From: a virus
Taxonomy: Duplodnaviria; Heunggongvirae; Uroviricota; Caudoviricetes
Reading direction: 5' to 3' (one strand)
DNA length: 64,000 bases
IMG/VR virus record: IMGVR_UViG_3300029466_000004
Span: 9,952-73,951 of that record
A model generated the notes under the pieces. It ran no database searches. It saw nothing but the letters and a program-made list of their open reading frames with translations, and was not told where the DNA came from. The position numbers and the translations under genes were made by a program. Numbering within the stretch: the stretch's first letter is position 1; every line of letters begins with the position of its first letter. Shown piece after piece: positions 1 to 10,290 of the stretch.

Positions 1-179
1 GCGGACGCATTGCAGAAGCCCGCTCCATTGTGGACATCGTGGATTCTGTATTGGAACCGCTCAATTTCTATCGAAAATCGTTTGCCCCGTTGAATGGGCT
101 GTACAACAATTCCGTCTATCGGATTGATTGCAGCTACGGGGCAACAATCGGAGAGGACGGAATGATTTACCGAAACTAA
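1..179 (+). CDS. tail terminator / tail completion protein, C-terminal fragment (5' partial)
   Basis: ~90% nt identity to the 3' end of the ORF at 55755-56156; stop at 177-179; immediately upstream of the major tail protein. Confidence 0.5.
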   Translation, partial: GRIAEARSIVDIVDSVLEPLNFYRKSFAPLNGLYNNSVYRIDCSYGATIGEDGMIYRN

Positions 180-194
180 GGAGGTAAACATTCT

Positions 195-632
195 ATGAGT
201 ACTGCTATCTCCGGTCTGAATACCACCCTATATTGTGGCGACAGCGCAACCGCTCTGACGAAGCTGTGCGACATCAAGGATGTACCCGACCTGATCTCTG
301 AGCCGAACCTTCTGGATGCCACCACTCTGTCTGACCCCATGCAAGTCAACATCTTTGGCATTATCCAGTCTGATACCAAGTCTTTTACCGCCAACTACAA
401 CAAGACTGACTACAAGAAGGTCAAGGAAGCTGGCTACGATGAGACTTCCGAGAGCAACGCTGTGAAGTACTACGCCCTGAAGATGCAGGACGGCTCCGGC
501 TTCACTTGGCAGGGCATGCATCAGGTTGGGCTGTCCGGCTTTGGCGTGGACGAGGTTGTGGAAATGACCATCAACTGCATCTTCACCAAGAAGCCTGAGT
601 TCAGCGAGACCCTGACTGTTGCTGGCGGCTAA
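195..632 (+). CDS. major tail protein (siphovirus-type)
   Basis: ATG with GGAGG RBS; position before the G/GT chaperones and tape measure; ~85% aa identity to 56172-56609. Confidence 0.55.
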   Translation: MSTAISGLNTTLYCGDSATALTKLCDIKDVPDLISEPNLLDATTLSDPMQVNIFGIIQSDTKSFTANYNKTDYKKVKEAGYDETSESNAVKYYALKMQDGSGFTWQGMHQVGLSGFGVDEVVEMTINCIFTKKPEFSETLTVAGG

Positions 633-716
633 ACCGCAAAAATCGAATCAATCAAACTGGGCAGAACTGAACAACGGATTTGGCTCTGCCCCTATTTATA
701 AAGGAGAACATTTATT

Positions 717-1064
717 ATGGCTGCAAAGGTTATCAATTTTCATTCCCCCGATGGCAAGAACACTTATGAGCTGACTTTCACCCGTGACAGCGTGGAAGCT
801 ACCGAACGTGCAGGTTTTCAGATTGGCCAGTACACTCAGATGACCAATCTGCTGTCCAACTCCCGTGCCCTGTTCTACGGCGCTTTTATCGCACGGAACA
901 AGGGCATCAAGCGCAAGGTCGTTGATGAGATGTTCCAGCACATCGAGGAGAAGGAAGATCTGATGGGCATTCTGCTTGAGATGTTCATGGACGCTTCCAA
1001 GTCCCTGCTGGCAACTGATACTGAGGACAAGACTGCAAAAAACGCAACGTGGGAGATTGTGTAA
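717..1064 (+). CDS. tail assembly chaperone (gpG-like)
   Basis: 115 aa ORF directly upstream of the tape measure; overlapped by a -1 frame ORF; slippery heptamer near its 3' end. Confidence 0.6.
   Translation: MAAKVINFHSPDGKNTYELTFTRDSVEATERAGFQIGQYTQMTNLLSNSRALFYGAFIARNKGIKRKVVDEMFQHIEEKEDLMGILLEMFMDASKSLLATDTEDKTAKNATWEIV
1037..1043 (+). promoter_or_regulatory. programmed -1 ribosomal frameshift slippery heptamer A_AAA_AAC (G/GT chaperone)
   Basis: gca AAA AAC in the zero frame fits X_XXY_YYZ; the -1 frame continues into ORF 1049-1471; same motif conserved at ~57014-57020 in the second copy. Confidence 0.5.
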
Positions 1065-1471
1065 CCGCACAATCTCAGGAATCAGACGGAGAAGGAGAAC
1101 CGGTTTCCTTCTCCAAGCTGTTCCACGATGTAGAAGCCTATTACATCTCCATCGGTATGACATACGAACAGTTCTGGCACGGCGATGTCTGGCTGGCTAA
1201 GGTATACCGTGACGCAGAGGAGCTGCGAGAACGCAGAGCCAATGCAGAAGCGTGGAGAAATGGTTTTTACATGGCATCCGCGCTTTCCTCTACGGTTGGC
1301 AATATGTTCCGAAAGAAAGGGACTAGACCTATCAAGTACATGGATAGACCGATTCCCCTTACTCAAAAGGAGAAGGAAGAGTATGAATACCAACGTGCTG
1401 CGGAAGCACAGGAGCGAATCAAACGCATGATGTTCTCCATGATGGAAAAGGATGGTGGTAGTGATGGCTGA
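1049..1471 (+). CDS. tail assembly chaperone -1 frameshift extension (gpT-like part of the G-T fusion)
   Basis: ORF in the -1 frame overlapping the end of 717-1064; ends at the tape measure start; canonical siphovirus arrangement. Confidence 0.5.
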   Translation: MGDCVTAQSQESDGEGEPVSFSKLFHDVEAYYISIGMTYEQFWHGDVWLAKVYRDAEELRERRANAEAWRNGFYMASALSSTVGNMFRKKGTRPIKYMDRPIPLTQKEKEEYEYQRAAEAQERIKRMMFSMMEKDGGSDG

Positions 1472-4400
1472 TGTTGATATTACAAGCTTATCCGTAGAAA
1501 TCTCTGCGGAATCGCAGGGCGCAGAGCTTAATATCGACAAGCTCGCTACCGCCATTTCTAATTTGCGCACAAAGGGCAACGTGGCAAAGGTTTGCAGTAG
1601 TCTTGATAAGTTATCTGCTTCTATTTCCGCTCTTAAATCTGCATCTACTGGGCTGGACGGCCTTAGCAAAATCACGTCTTTTATGAACGGCCTTGCTAAT
1701 GTAGACCTTACTCAAAGTGCAAAGGGCATCCGCTCTGTTGCTAATGCTTTGAACAAAATTTCGTCCGTCAATCTTGGAAACATGGATTTTTCCGGACTTG
1801 GCAGCAGGATGAACAGCTTGAAGAACGGCCTTTCCCCTATTTCTTCTATTAGCGATTCTTCCATTAAGAGTTTGCGTGGCGTAAGCAGTGCAATCAATTC
1901 CATTGCTAAAATCCCAAGCATTACAAAGAAGCTGGACTCTAAAACGCTTGATGATTTTGCGGAAGTTTGTAAGAAAGTGGCATCCGCTATTTCTCCACTC
2001 GCTTCCAAACTGGACAAGGTAGGGCGCTCTTTTTCTTCACTCCCATCTAAAATTAAAAGTGCTGTCAATTCTACAACCCGCTTTTCTTCGGCAAACCAGA
2101 AAGCAAGTACTAGCCTTTCAAGTTTGGCAAGCCAGTTAGAAACCATCAAGAAACGTGCAGCACAGCTAGTTTCTCTTAAAGCTATTGCCACTTATCTTGC
2201 CAATGCCGTTACTAAGTTCAATGACTTTTATGAAGCAACAGACTTGTTCAATAACGCAATGGGCGAGTTAAGCGGTCAAGCAACAGAGCTTATCAATAAG
2301 ATGGAGTCTCTGCTTGGCATCGACCCGACAGAAGCAATGACAAATATTGCTACGATCCAAAGCCTTGCAACTTCGTTCGGTCTAGCAAGCGATAAAGCGT
2401 ATATCTTATCCAAGAACCTGACCCAACTTGCCTATGACGAATCGTCCTATTGGAATAAAGATACTGCTACCACCTTTACCGCAATTGCTTCTGCTATCTC
2501 TGGAGAACTTGAGCCTATTCGCCGTTTGGGCGTTGATCTGTCTCAGGCACGGTTACAGCAGGAACTTCTTTCTTTGGGATTTAACAAACAGGTTTCTAGC
2601 CTGTCCCAGGCAGATAAAGCAGTTCTGCGTTACATTGCCATTATGAAGCAGACCGCCAATGTGCAGGGCAACCTTGCACAGACCATTAGTAGCCCCGCCA
2701 ATATGGTACGCATTTTGAAGTCTGAAATTTCACAGCTTGCAAAAGCTGTTGGTCAGCTTCTTTATCCCGCATTTAAGGCGATTCTCCCCGTTCTGATTGC
2801 GGCAGTTGACCTTATCAAAGAATTTGTGGTCTCTCTTGCATCTGTGTTCGGACAGAAAATTGAATTTACTGATTTTAGCAAGACACAGAAAGATATTGGT
2901 GGCGTGGCCAACGCTATGGATGACACCGCCGATGCTACAAAATCGGCAGCAAAAGCAGCCAAAGACTATACGATGGGTTTTGATGAATTAAACATTATCG
3001 ACCCTTCACAAAACTCTGGTTCTTCCGGTTCTGGTGGCGGCGCTACTGGTAATTTGCTCGGTGATGTTGACCTTTCCCAGTATGATATGTTCAAAGATTA
3101 TGCTGGAAGCGCTGTTGATGAGATTAAGGCGAAATTAAAATCTCTCGATTCTTTTCAAATCGGAACCCAAATTGGTGAACAGCTAAATAAACTTATGGGC
3201 ATGATTTATGATGCCATCCATTCTGTTGATTGGGCCTCGCTTGGAGCGGTTTTTGCAGATGGCGTTAACGGGCTCGTGGATTCTGTAGACTGGGATTTAT
3301 TTGGCCGATTACTTGCAGACCGATTCATTATCGAGTTTGAGCTTCTTGGCGGCTTTCTGTCTCGGCTTGACTGGACATCTGTATTAAATGCCTTTATTGA
3401 TGGTTTTTCTGGATTCTTTCACGAACTTTCAGATTGGATAGCAACAGTAGATTGGACTGGTGTTGGGAAGCAATTAACTGATAAGCTTTCCGATGCTTTC
3501 CAAAATGTTGAGATTGAAAAGCTTGCAAGAGTTCTTTTCAACTTTATCACTGATAGCATTAACGCTGTTTCTGATTTCTTGGCTGGAACAGATTCTTACC
3601 AGCTCGGTCAAGACCTCGTTGACTTTGCTATTAGAGCCGTTACTTCTGTAGATTGGGCCGGGCTAGCTCAAGCCATAGGTCGTTTCTTTGGCGAAGCGTT
3701 CATTGAAGCGCTCGACTTCATGGGTGGTCTAGTTTCTCGAATTGCCGATTATTTTGAAAAGAAAGTAGCAGAGGGGCCGTTCGATAATGTTGGCCTGAAT
3801 ATCGTCTACGGTATTTATTACGGCATTCAAGACGCAATCACGAATGTTGCTTCTTGGATTGTTGAAAATGTGTTCAATCCGTTTATCAATGGCTTTAAGT
3901 CTGCCTTTGGAATAAATTCCCCATCTACCGTAATGGCCGAACAAGGCGGATACATTATCGCCGGATTGAAGAAAGGTATCACTGACGCTATCTCTGGCGT
4001 AACTGAAACTGCGAAGAAAATTCTTTCTGCAATCAAGAGCGCATTTGACAATTTTAGCCTTTTTGATATTGGCAAGAACCTGATTCAGGGTCTTATTGAT
4101 GGCGTGAACAACATGATTGAAACGGCCAAAAATGCTGTTGCAAATGTTGGAAACGCAGTTATCGACAAGGTTAAGAACGTTCTCGGCATCCACTCCCCTT
4201 CTACGGTGTTTGCAGAGATTGGCGGTTACATCGACCAAGGCCTTGCAAACGGCATTGCTGCGGCTGTCTCCTACGTCACCGCTGCTATGCAGGGTGTTGT
4301 AGATGCTGTGCAGGAGAAGGGACAGGCACTGATTGATGCTGGCTCTACTCAGGTTACCAGCTACGTTACCGGGTTCTTGAACGGTCTGGATACCCAGTGG

Positions 4401-5405
4401 CAGCAGATTGATCAGAGCTTACAATCTGATTTCTTTGGTAGCATCGGCACTCTGTGGGATGCGATTTCTAACGGAGACCTTGAAAAGCTCGGCACATGGG
4501 CGGCTTCCTATTTCTATCATGCAATGGATGATGAGCAGCGAAAGCAAATCAAGTCCATTGCCAATAACAGTTTGCAGTGGCTGACGCAGGGGTTGAGCAG
4601 TGTTTGGAACAACATTGCCGGTATGGCATCGAGCTTTATCAGTCAGTTCGTCCCTTCTGCTATGGCTGCAACGTCTGCTCAAACGAGTTTGAACATTGCA
4701 ATGGACGCAAACCCTGTTATGCTGGTTATTTCCTTGATTGGCATGTTGGTTGGCGCTCTTGTCAATTTTGCCAATAAGAACAAGAGCATCGCTTCGTTCC
4801 TGTCTAATCTTTGGTACGGAATCGGCGATTTCTTTTCGATTGTTTTTGAGGGGATTCTCCGCGTTCTCGGAACGGCAATTCAAGGCATCGTTGCCGGAAT
4901 AAACGTTTTAATTGATGCACGCAATTTCTTTAATCCCTTTGATAAATGGGGGCATATCAGCAACCCTCTTTATGATTGGGCTGACAATGTTAAAAGCAGT
5001 CGTGAGGAGAGCCAGCGTAAACGCCAAGAAGCAGCCAATGGCAGCTTCGATGATTCTAAAGACCAGACCGATTACGAACGGCAGTACAAGGAGCTTCTGG
5101 AAAAATACAAAAATGGTTCTTATCCTGGCACAAAAGAGTGGGATAAAAACAACGGAACATCCTCCGGCTCTTATGGCGGCACCACCAGTGTAAATGTCAA
5201 CATCAACGAAGAGGAAATGCGCGAATCTGTCTACAATGGCACTTACAACGCATTCCTCGATATCTTCCAGCGGTATGGTAACGAGCTGACCGGTGGCAAG
5301 GAACTCAAAATTTATCTTGACGGAAAGCAGATTACAGCATCTGTTGAGAAACGGCAGAACGCCCGTGGACAGTCTTTGATGGGCAGTGAGGTTTATAGCT
5401 ACTAA
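1464..5405 (+). CDS. tail tape measure protein (1313 aa)
   Basis: very long Ala/Ser/Leu-rich protein after the chaperones; N-terminus near-identical to the 57441-61523 copy, then mosaic. Confidence 0.85.
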   Translation: MADVDITSLSVEISAESQGAELNIDKLATAISNLRTKGNVAKVCSSLDKLSASISALKSASTGLDGLSKITSFMNGLANVDLTQSAKGIRSVANALNKISSVNLGNMDFSGLGSRMNSLKNGLSPISSISDSSIKSLRGVSSAINSIAKIPSITKKLDSKTLDDFAEVCKKVASAISPLASKLDKVGRSFSSLPSKIKSAVNSTTRFSSANQKASTSLSSLASQLETIKKRAAQLVSLKAIATYLANAVTKFNDFYEATDLFNNAMGELSGQATELINKMESLLGIDPTEAMTNIATIQSLATSFGLASDKAYILSKNLTQLAYDESSYWNKDTATTFTAIASAISGELEPIRRLGVDLSQARLQQELLSLGFNKQVSSLSQADKAVLRYIAIMKQTANVQGNLAQTISSPANMVRILKSEISQLAKAVGQLLYPAFKAILPVLIAAVDLIKEFVVSLASVFGQKIEFTDFSKTQKDIGGVANAMDDTADATKSAAKAAKDYTMGFDELNIIDPSQNSGSSGSGGGATGNLLGDVDLSQYDMFKDYAGSAVDEIKAKLKSLDSFQIGTQIGEQLNKLMGMIYDAIHSVDWASLGAVFADGVNGLVDSVDWDLFGRLLADRFIIEFELLGGFLSRLDWTSVLNAFIDGFSGFFHELSDWIATVDWTGVGKQLTDKLSDAFQNVEIEKLARVLFNFITDSINAVSDFLAGTDSYQLGQDLVDFAIRAVTSVDWAGLAQAIGRFFGEAFIEALDFMGGLVSRIADYFEKKVAEGPFDNVGLNIVYGIYYGIQDAITNVASWIVENVFNPFINGFKSAFGINSPSTVMAEQGGYIIAGLKKGITDAISGVTETAKKILSAIKSAFDNFSLFDIGKNLIQGLIDGVNNMIETAKNAVANVGNAVIDKVKNVLGIHSPSTVFAEIGGYIDQGLANGIAAAVSYVTAAMQGVVDAVQEKGQALIDAGSTQVTSYVTGFLNGLDTQWQQIDQSLQSDFFGSIGTLWDAISNGDLEKLGTWAASYFYHAMDDEQRKQIKSIANNSLQWLTQGLSSVWNNIAGMASSFISQFVPSAMAATSAQTSLNIAMDANPVMLVISLIGMLVGALVNFANKNKSIASFLSNLWYGIGDFFSIVFEGILRVLGTAIQGIVAGINVLIDARNFFNPFDKWGHISNPLYDWADNVKSSREESQRKRQEAANGSFDDSKDQTDYERQYKELLEKYKNGSYPGTKEWDKNNGTSSGSYGGTTSVNVNINEEEMRESVYNGTYNAFLDIFQRYGNELTGGKELKIYLDGKQITASVEKRQNARGQSLMGSEVYSY

Positions 5406-5419
5406 GGAGGTGGCGGTTT

Positions 5420-5794
5420 ATGGCGATTCCAGCACTGGTAACGGTAAACGGCGTAGAGCTGCCAGAGCCAAGCTCCTATGAAGCGACAACTAGTACCATT
5501 GTAGATTCTGGACGAAACGTTCAAGGCAAAGTAGTCGGCTCTGTTGTGCGGCATGATGTAGCAAAGGTGTCCCTGAAGTGGAACTACCTCACCGCACAGC
5601 AGTGGGCCGCTATCCTCAGCCTGTTCACGACACGATTTTACTGCACTGTTCGCTTTTATAATCAGGCAAAGGCCGGGTATGATACGCGGCAGATGTACGT
5701 TTCAGACCGCACATCTGGTATGTGGCGGCGTGGGCCGAAAACCGGCAATGTGATGGGCTGGACGGATTGCTCGATTGCGCTTGTGGAGGTGTAG
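5420..5794 (+). CDS. small tail protein (post-tape-measure position)
   Basis: GGAGG RBS; homolog at 61530-61916; position after tape measure. Confidence 0.4.
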   Translation: MAIPALVTVNGVELPEPSSYEATTSTIVDSGRNVQGKVVGSVVRHDVAKVSLKWNYLTAQQWAAILSLFTTRFYCTVRFYNQAKAGYDTRQMYVSDRTSGMWRRGPKTGNVMGWTDCSIALVEV

Positions 5795-5797
5795 CCT

Positions 5798-7405
5798 ATG
5801 GTACAACCTTCTCAGAAGTGGGTTGAAAAGTTCTCCGAAACGCTTGTACCGGAGATGTTTGTACGCATCACCTATGGCGTTACGGAACCGGGTCTGCAAG
5901 AAGATGCAATTCCTAGCACAAACGGCGAAACATTCTTCAGCAATGTATCCTCTATTGTTGACAGTAAATTGCAGACTTACACAAAATATTCTACTGGTGA
6001 ATTGAATTTCACTGTTTTGGACGGCAATTATACCTTGCTAGACAAAAACGTGGAATTACAAGAAGCTGGTTACGTTAGTGAAAATTGCGTTTCGATTTCA
6101 AACCACCCGATCATTACGCTCTCGTTCAGCAAAGTTCATACCGTGACGATTCCTGGCATTACCATTACATGGTCGTCAACATTCAATGAATGGCCAACAA
6201 GTTTCAAGCTGACTGCTTATTCTGGAAGCACAGTCGTATCTACCAAAACGGTGTCGGACAATTCTTCTATCACCACTGACATTGACTTTGAAATTGCAAA
6301 TTACGATTCCATTTCCATTCAAATCTTGTCGTGGTGTTTGGAAAATCGGCGTGCACGAGTTGAGCAGGTAAAACTGGGCCAATTCATTGTGTTTGAGAAG
6401 AAAGACATCTTTTCGTATAAGCATGATTCCACAAGAGACCCGATCAGCGGACAACTTCCGAATGATAGCATTACTTTTACGGTGGATAACAGCACACAGA
6501 AGTGGAATCCAATAAACCCGGAAGGCCTTTACAAATACCTATACGAGCGTCAGCCTATCTCTGTGGAGTACGGCATGGACTTGGACGGAACGGTAGAATG
6601 GATTACAGGCGGCAAGTTCTTCTTGTCTGAATGGAATGTTCCATCTAATAGTATCGAAGCCAGCTTTACCGCCCGTGATGCTTTTGGCTATCTTATGGTT
6701 TCCAACTACACAGGAAGAATGTACGGCACTCTTTATGAGATGGCCTACGATGCGCTGGAGCTTTTGAGCGATAACGTGGCAACGTTTCAGATTTCCGATG
6801 AACTGAAACAATATAGCACGGATATCACAAAGCAGGATAAAGGCAACTATAAGGATTCTGATATTTTACAGATGGTTGCCAACGCAGCTGGCATGGCGAT
6901 GTATCAAACCAGAGAAGGCGTGATCGTAATCGGTCGCATTCCTGATATCTCTACTGCAAAAGCAAACATTGCCGGTGAAATTGATATTGTCAACAACTTC
7001 AGCTGGCCTGAAATTGCATTTTCTTCCCCTTTGAAAAATGTAACCTGTTCGATTGATGTGAAATCTTCCGATGGCTCGAGCACTACAAGCAAAACGTATT
7101 CTTACCCAGAAAACCCGGCAGGGGGTGGAGCAACGCAGACTGTCAACAATGAAATGCTGTCTCAAAGCATTCTCGGCCAAAGCAGGAATATTTTGACAGA
7201 AGCGTACAAAGTGCTTTCCAACCGCCGCAAGGTCACATTGGAATATCGTGCAAGCCCGCACTTTGATGCGCTGGATTACGTCCTTGTTCATCACCAGTTC
7301 GGCTATTCCTCTGTACTGCTGACTACAAGTTTTTCTTATCAGTATTCCGGCTGTTTTCACGGGACGGTCGAAGGGTATCTCTTGGAAGGAGCTGATGTTC
7401 GTTGA
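5798..7405 (+). CDS. distal tail / baseplate protein (535 aa)
   Basis: position after tape measure; homolog begins at 61921 with a longer C-terminus. Confidence 0.45.
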   Translation: MVQPSQKWVEKFSETLVPEMFVRITYGVTEPGLQEDAIPSTNGETFFSNVSSIVDSKLQTYTKYSTGELNFTVLDGNYTLLDKNVELQEAGYVSENCVSISNHPIITLSFSKVHTVTIPGITITWSSTFNEWPTSFKLTAYSGSTVVSTKTVSDNSSITTDIDFEIANYDSISIQILSWCLENRRARVEQVKLGQFIVFEKKDIFSYKHDSTRDPISGQLPNDSITFTVDNSTQKWNPINPEGLYKYLYERQPISVEYGMDLDGTVEWITGGKFFLSEWNVPSNSIEASFTARDAFGYLMVSNYTGRMYGTLYEMAYDALELLSDNVATFQISDELKQYSTDITKQDKGNYKDSDILQMVANAAGMAMYQTREGVIVIGRIPDISTAKANIAGEIDIVNNFSWPEIAFSSPLKNVTCSIDVKSSDGSSTTSKTYSYPENPAGGGATQTVNNEMLSQSILGQSRNILTEAYKVLSNRRKVTLEYRASPHFDALDYVLVHHQFGYSSVLLTTSFSYQYSGCFHGTVEGYLLEGADVR

Positions 7406-7866
7406 CCCGGTGGATCACAGACAGAACCGATGATGATGTTGCGCAAGTCAAGGCGCTTGCATCAAAAGCAAAAGCAGGAACGTGGACAGAGGAAGAGCAG
7501 GCAGAGTGGGCTTCCGGCATGAAAGGTGCTCTAAGCTACATGGACTACAACCGCATTGAAAGCGGTATTCAAGAGATTGCTGCCATCCTGAATGCGCCTG
7601 TTTCAGTCAAAACCGACTGGGATGTAAACGGATACCTGACTGTCGCAGATGCTTCCCGGTGGCTTTCCAATATCAAAGTTATTCGTTCTTTGTGCAGTGG
7701 CAAAAACGATACTCCCGAAACTCCCGCTTCCCTCAATTATCTGCATTATACGATTATCAACCAGGTCGAGGAAATTTTGCTCGATATCGAAACGATAGCC
7801 AACAACCATCTAATCTACTGCTCAGAGCCGGTCTGTGGAGGTGAACCTTACTATGCACTTTGTTGA
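7402..7866 (+). CDS. tail-associated protein
   Basis: TTG start overlapping the upstream stop (operon coupling); tail module context. Confidence 0.3.
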   Translation: MTRWITDRTDDDVAQVKALASKAKAGTWTEEEQAEWASGMKGALSYMDYNRIESGIQEIAAILNAPVSVKTDWDVNGYLTVADASRWLSNIKVIRSLCSGKNDTPETPASLNYLHYTIINQVEEILLDIETIANNHLIYCSEPVCGGEPYYALC

Positions 7867-8281
7867 CCGAGAAGCGAAGTACCCAAACCGATGGACAATG
7901 ACTAAGCCGGACGGTTCGTCCGAAGTCGTCACCCTTGTTCGCAATGACGAGCCAATCGTTGAAGGCACTCCTATGAATGCCGAAACGTTGAACACTCTTT
8001 CAGATGTTGCAGGTGCGGACATTGCAAGAATTGCTGCCGAAAAAGCAGAACTGAACGCAAAACGGTCTGAAATAAATGCTGAAACATCCGCGCAAGAATC
8101 TCAGAAGCAAGCCGAAAAGTCTGCTGAAAGCGCCCGTCTTGCAGAACAGAGTGCAAATAAAGGCGGCTGGATGGATTTCGAGCAGAAGAACGGCATCCTT
8201 TATATGGTCAAGAGTGATAGCTTAACCGAAATAAATATGCAAGACAATGGCTCTGGAATTTTGGAGGTGACGTTTGAATGA
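7853..8281 (+). CDS. tail fiber-associated protein (Ala/Glu-rich coiled coil)
   Basis: ATG with GGAGG RBS; precedes the tail fiber; coiled-coil composition. Confidence 0.35.
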   Translation: MHFVDREAKYPNRWTMTKPDGSSEVVTLVRNDEPIVEGTPMNAETLNTLSDVAGADIARIAAEKAELNAKRSEINAETSAQESQKQAEKSAESARLAEQSANKGGWMDFEQKNGILYMVKSDSLTEINMQDNGSGILEVTFE

Positions 8282-9396
8282 GCAAAACAATCGAAATTGG
8301 CCCTTATAGCGCCTATGCCATTGCTGTAAAGTTTGGCTATGTGGGCACAGAAGAGGACTGGATTAAAGCAGTTGAAGCGGCTCGAAAGAGCGCAGAAACA
8401 AGTGCAGCCAATGCAAAGCGGGAAGCGGACAAGGCTTTGGCTTCTGCCAATACTGCCATTGAACGGGCTGGAATTGCAACCACAAAAGCTGGAGAATCTG
8501 CCGCATCCGCTGATGCTTCTGCATCCAGTGCATCTGCCGCTGCAATCAGTGAAGCCAATGCAAAGAAATACTCGGAAGAGGCCGGGGCCAAAGCAAATAC
8601 CGATAAGACCCTGAGCATCGAAAACGCCCCTGCCGACGCAAAGGCTACCGGTGATGCGCTGGCGGGCAAAGCAGACTCCGTTGATCCACATGATCTTTCC
8701 ATTCCGATTACGGGGTGGCAAACAGACACGGAGGTTGCAGAGTACCCGCATTACATTGATATTACAGCAGATGTTACGTCCACGACTGTGGTATCTGTCA
8801 GCATCGACCCTGCAAGCGCAGACGTAGCCGGTAAAGCTATGCTTGTAAACCCTGAAACTCGAACCGGAGCTATCCGCATCCGTGCACACAACATTCCGAC
8901 TGCGGAAATTTCCGCCCGGTGGTATCCCATCAAGTATGGCGGTCAGTTCTATGGTGACGGCTCCATCTACTCCAACTTCCTGCTTGCGGCACATCCTGTG
9001 GGCAGCATTTATCAAACTATTAGCCCTGAAAATCCGTCCGTAACTTTTGGCGGCGGCACGTGGGAACGAATTGAAGGGCGCTTTATCATGGGTGCAAGCG
9101 ATACCTACCCGGAAGGGAGTACGGGTGGCGAAGCGGAGCACGCTCTGACTGAAAGTGAACTGCCAAATGTAACTGGTCGTTTTGACTTTCAATCAGACGG
9201 AAATAGTCAGGGTATTGTAACTGGAGCAGATGGTGTATTTAGTTTTGGCCAAATGTCTATTGGGGGTTTCCGACCGAACAATAAAATAGATGAATCGGGT
9301 TGTGCTCGGCAAATTATAATGTCTTTTGGCTCTAACTCACCTCACAACAACCTACCCCCATACATCGCCGTGTATATCTGGCGCAGAGTAGCATAA
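8278..9396 (+). CDS. tail fiber protein with C-terminal collar-like receptor-binding domain
   Basis: Ala/Ser-rich shaft then ...HPVGSIYQT...GGGTWERIEGRF...HALTESELPNVTG... collar-like motif; ends YIWRRVA. Confidence 0.6.
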   Translation: MSKTIEIGPYSAYAIAVKFGYVGTEEDWIKAVEAARKSAETSAANAKREADKALASANTAIERAGIATTKAGESAASADASASSASAAAISEANAKKYSEEAGAKANTDKTLSIENAPADAKATGDALAGKADSVDPHDLSIPITGWQTDTEVAEYPHYIDITADVTSTTVVSVSIDPASADVAGKAMLVNPETRTGAIRIRAHNIPTAEISARWYPIKYGGQFYGDGSIYSNFLLAAHPVGSIYQTISPENPSVTFGGGTWERIEGRFIMGASDTYPEGSTGGEAEHALTESELPNVTGRFDFQSDGNSQGIVTGADGVFSFGQMSIGGFRPNNKIDESGCARQIIMSFGSNSPHNNLPPYIAVYIWRRVA

Positions 9397-9411
9397 CCGA
9401 AAGGAGAAACA

Positions 9412-9891
9412 ATGGCACTAGGAGAACTCAAAAATGGCATTGGCCCTGATGCCTATGCTATCTATCAGCAAGTCCTTGCGGCGGTAGTCGAGCGAGACCA
9501 CCCCGTGGGCAGCCTGTACATCAGCGAAAACGCTACCAGCCCGGCAGAGCTTTACGGCGGCACATGGGAGCGCATTGAGGATTGCACTATCTGGGGTGCA
9601 AGCGATACACATCCAGCCGGTACGACGGTTGAGGCTGGACTGCCGAATATTACAGGCAGTTTCGCGTTTTCTTCCTACTCTGGCTCTGGGGGATGGCTTC
9701 ATGTCGCTAGTGCTACAGGTGCTTTCGGAGGCAGAACAGGTTCTGGCGCGGTGGCTCAGGCAGGTGTTGCTGGCTATAGCGGCCCCATAGCCGTTGGTAT
9801 GGATGCTTCCAAGGAGAGCCAAATTTACGGCAACAGCGATACCGTCCAACCCCCGGCATACTGCCTATACCTATGGCGAAGAGTGGCATAA
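9412..9891 (+). CDS. second collar-domain tail fiber-like protein (paralog of the fiber C-terminus)
   Basis: HPVGSLYIS...GGTWERIED...LPNITG...; ends YLWRRVA like the upstream fiber. Confidence 0.5.
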   Translation: MALGELKNGIGPDAYAIYQQVLAAVVERDHPVGSLYISENATSPAELYGGTWERIEDCTIWGASDTHPAGTTVEAGLPNITGSFAFSSYSGSGGWLHVASATGAFGGRTGSGAVAQAGVAGYSGPIAVGMDASKESQIYGNSDTVQPPAYCLYLWRRVA

Positions 9892-9906
9892 CCGAAAGGA
9901 GCACAC

Positions 9907-10278
9907 ATGAAAATTATTGACAGCAACGGCGTAGAAATCGCCACCCCCGACCTGACAAAAGGATACCTCAAGCCCGAGACCCAGACCATCCATCACGATG
10001 CTGTGGCGGGCGTGAAAGAGGTCAGCCACTACGAGTACAAGACATATCCCAACGGCGGCAAAGACCGCTGGAAGGTGGTGGACGTGCCCGGTGTGGCCGC
10101 AAAGGAAGCCTATGACGAAGAGGTGGAAGTGCAGCGGTATGTGCTGTACACCGCCGAAGAGCTGGCTGCACAGGAAAAGGCCCGCAAGGAAGCAGAAGAA
10201 AAGGCACAGTTGCCCACCGCAGAAGAGCGCCTTGCCGCTCTGGAAGCGGCTATGCTTGACCTGCTGGCCGCACAGTAA
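9907..10278 (+). CDS. hypothetical tail/lysis-module protein (XkdW-like position)
   Basis: ORF with RBS between the fibers and the lysis genes. Confidence 0.3.
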   Translation: MKIIDSNGVEIATPDLTKGYLKPETQTIHHDAVAGVKEVSHYEYKTYPNGGKDRWKVVDVPGVAAKEAYDEEVEVQRYVLYTAEELAAQEKARKEAEEKAQLPTAEERLAALEAAMLDLLAAQ

Positions 10279-10290
10279 GAGGAGGATACT

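Noticed and set aside
1-8000. Interpreting the left-end duplication as circular permutation or terminal redundancy of a single genome
   Set aside because: The copies differ at ~10-15% of positions and have different tape measure lengths and different downstream genes; true redundancy would be identical.
8200-9192. 330-aa minus-strand ORF antisense to the tail fiber gene
   Set aside because: Arg/Cys/Gly-rich composition typical of an antisense frame of a GC-rich gene; the plus-strand fiber has an RBS, a recognisable collar domain and operon coupling.
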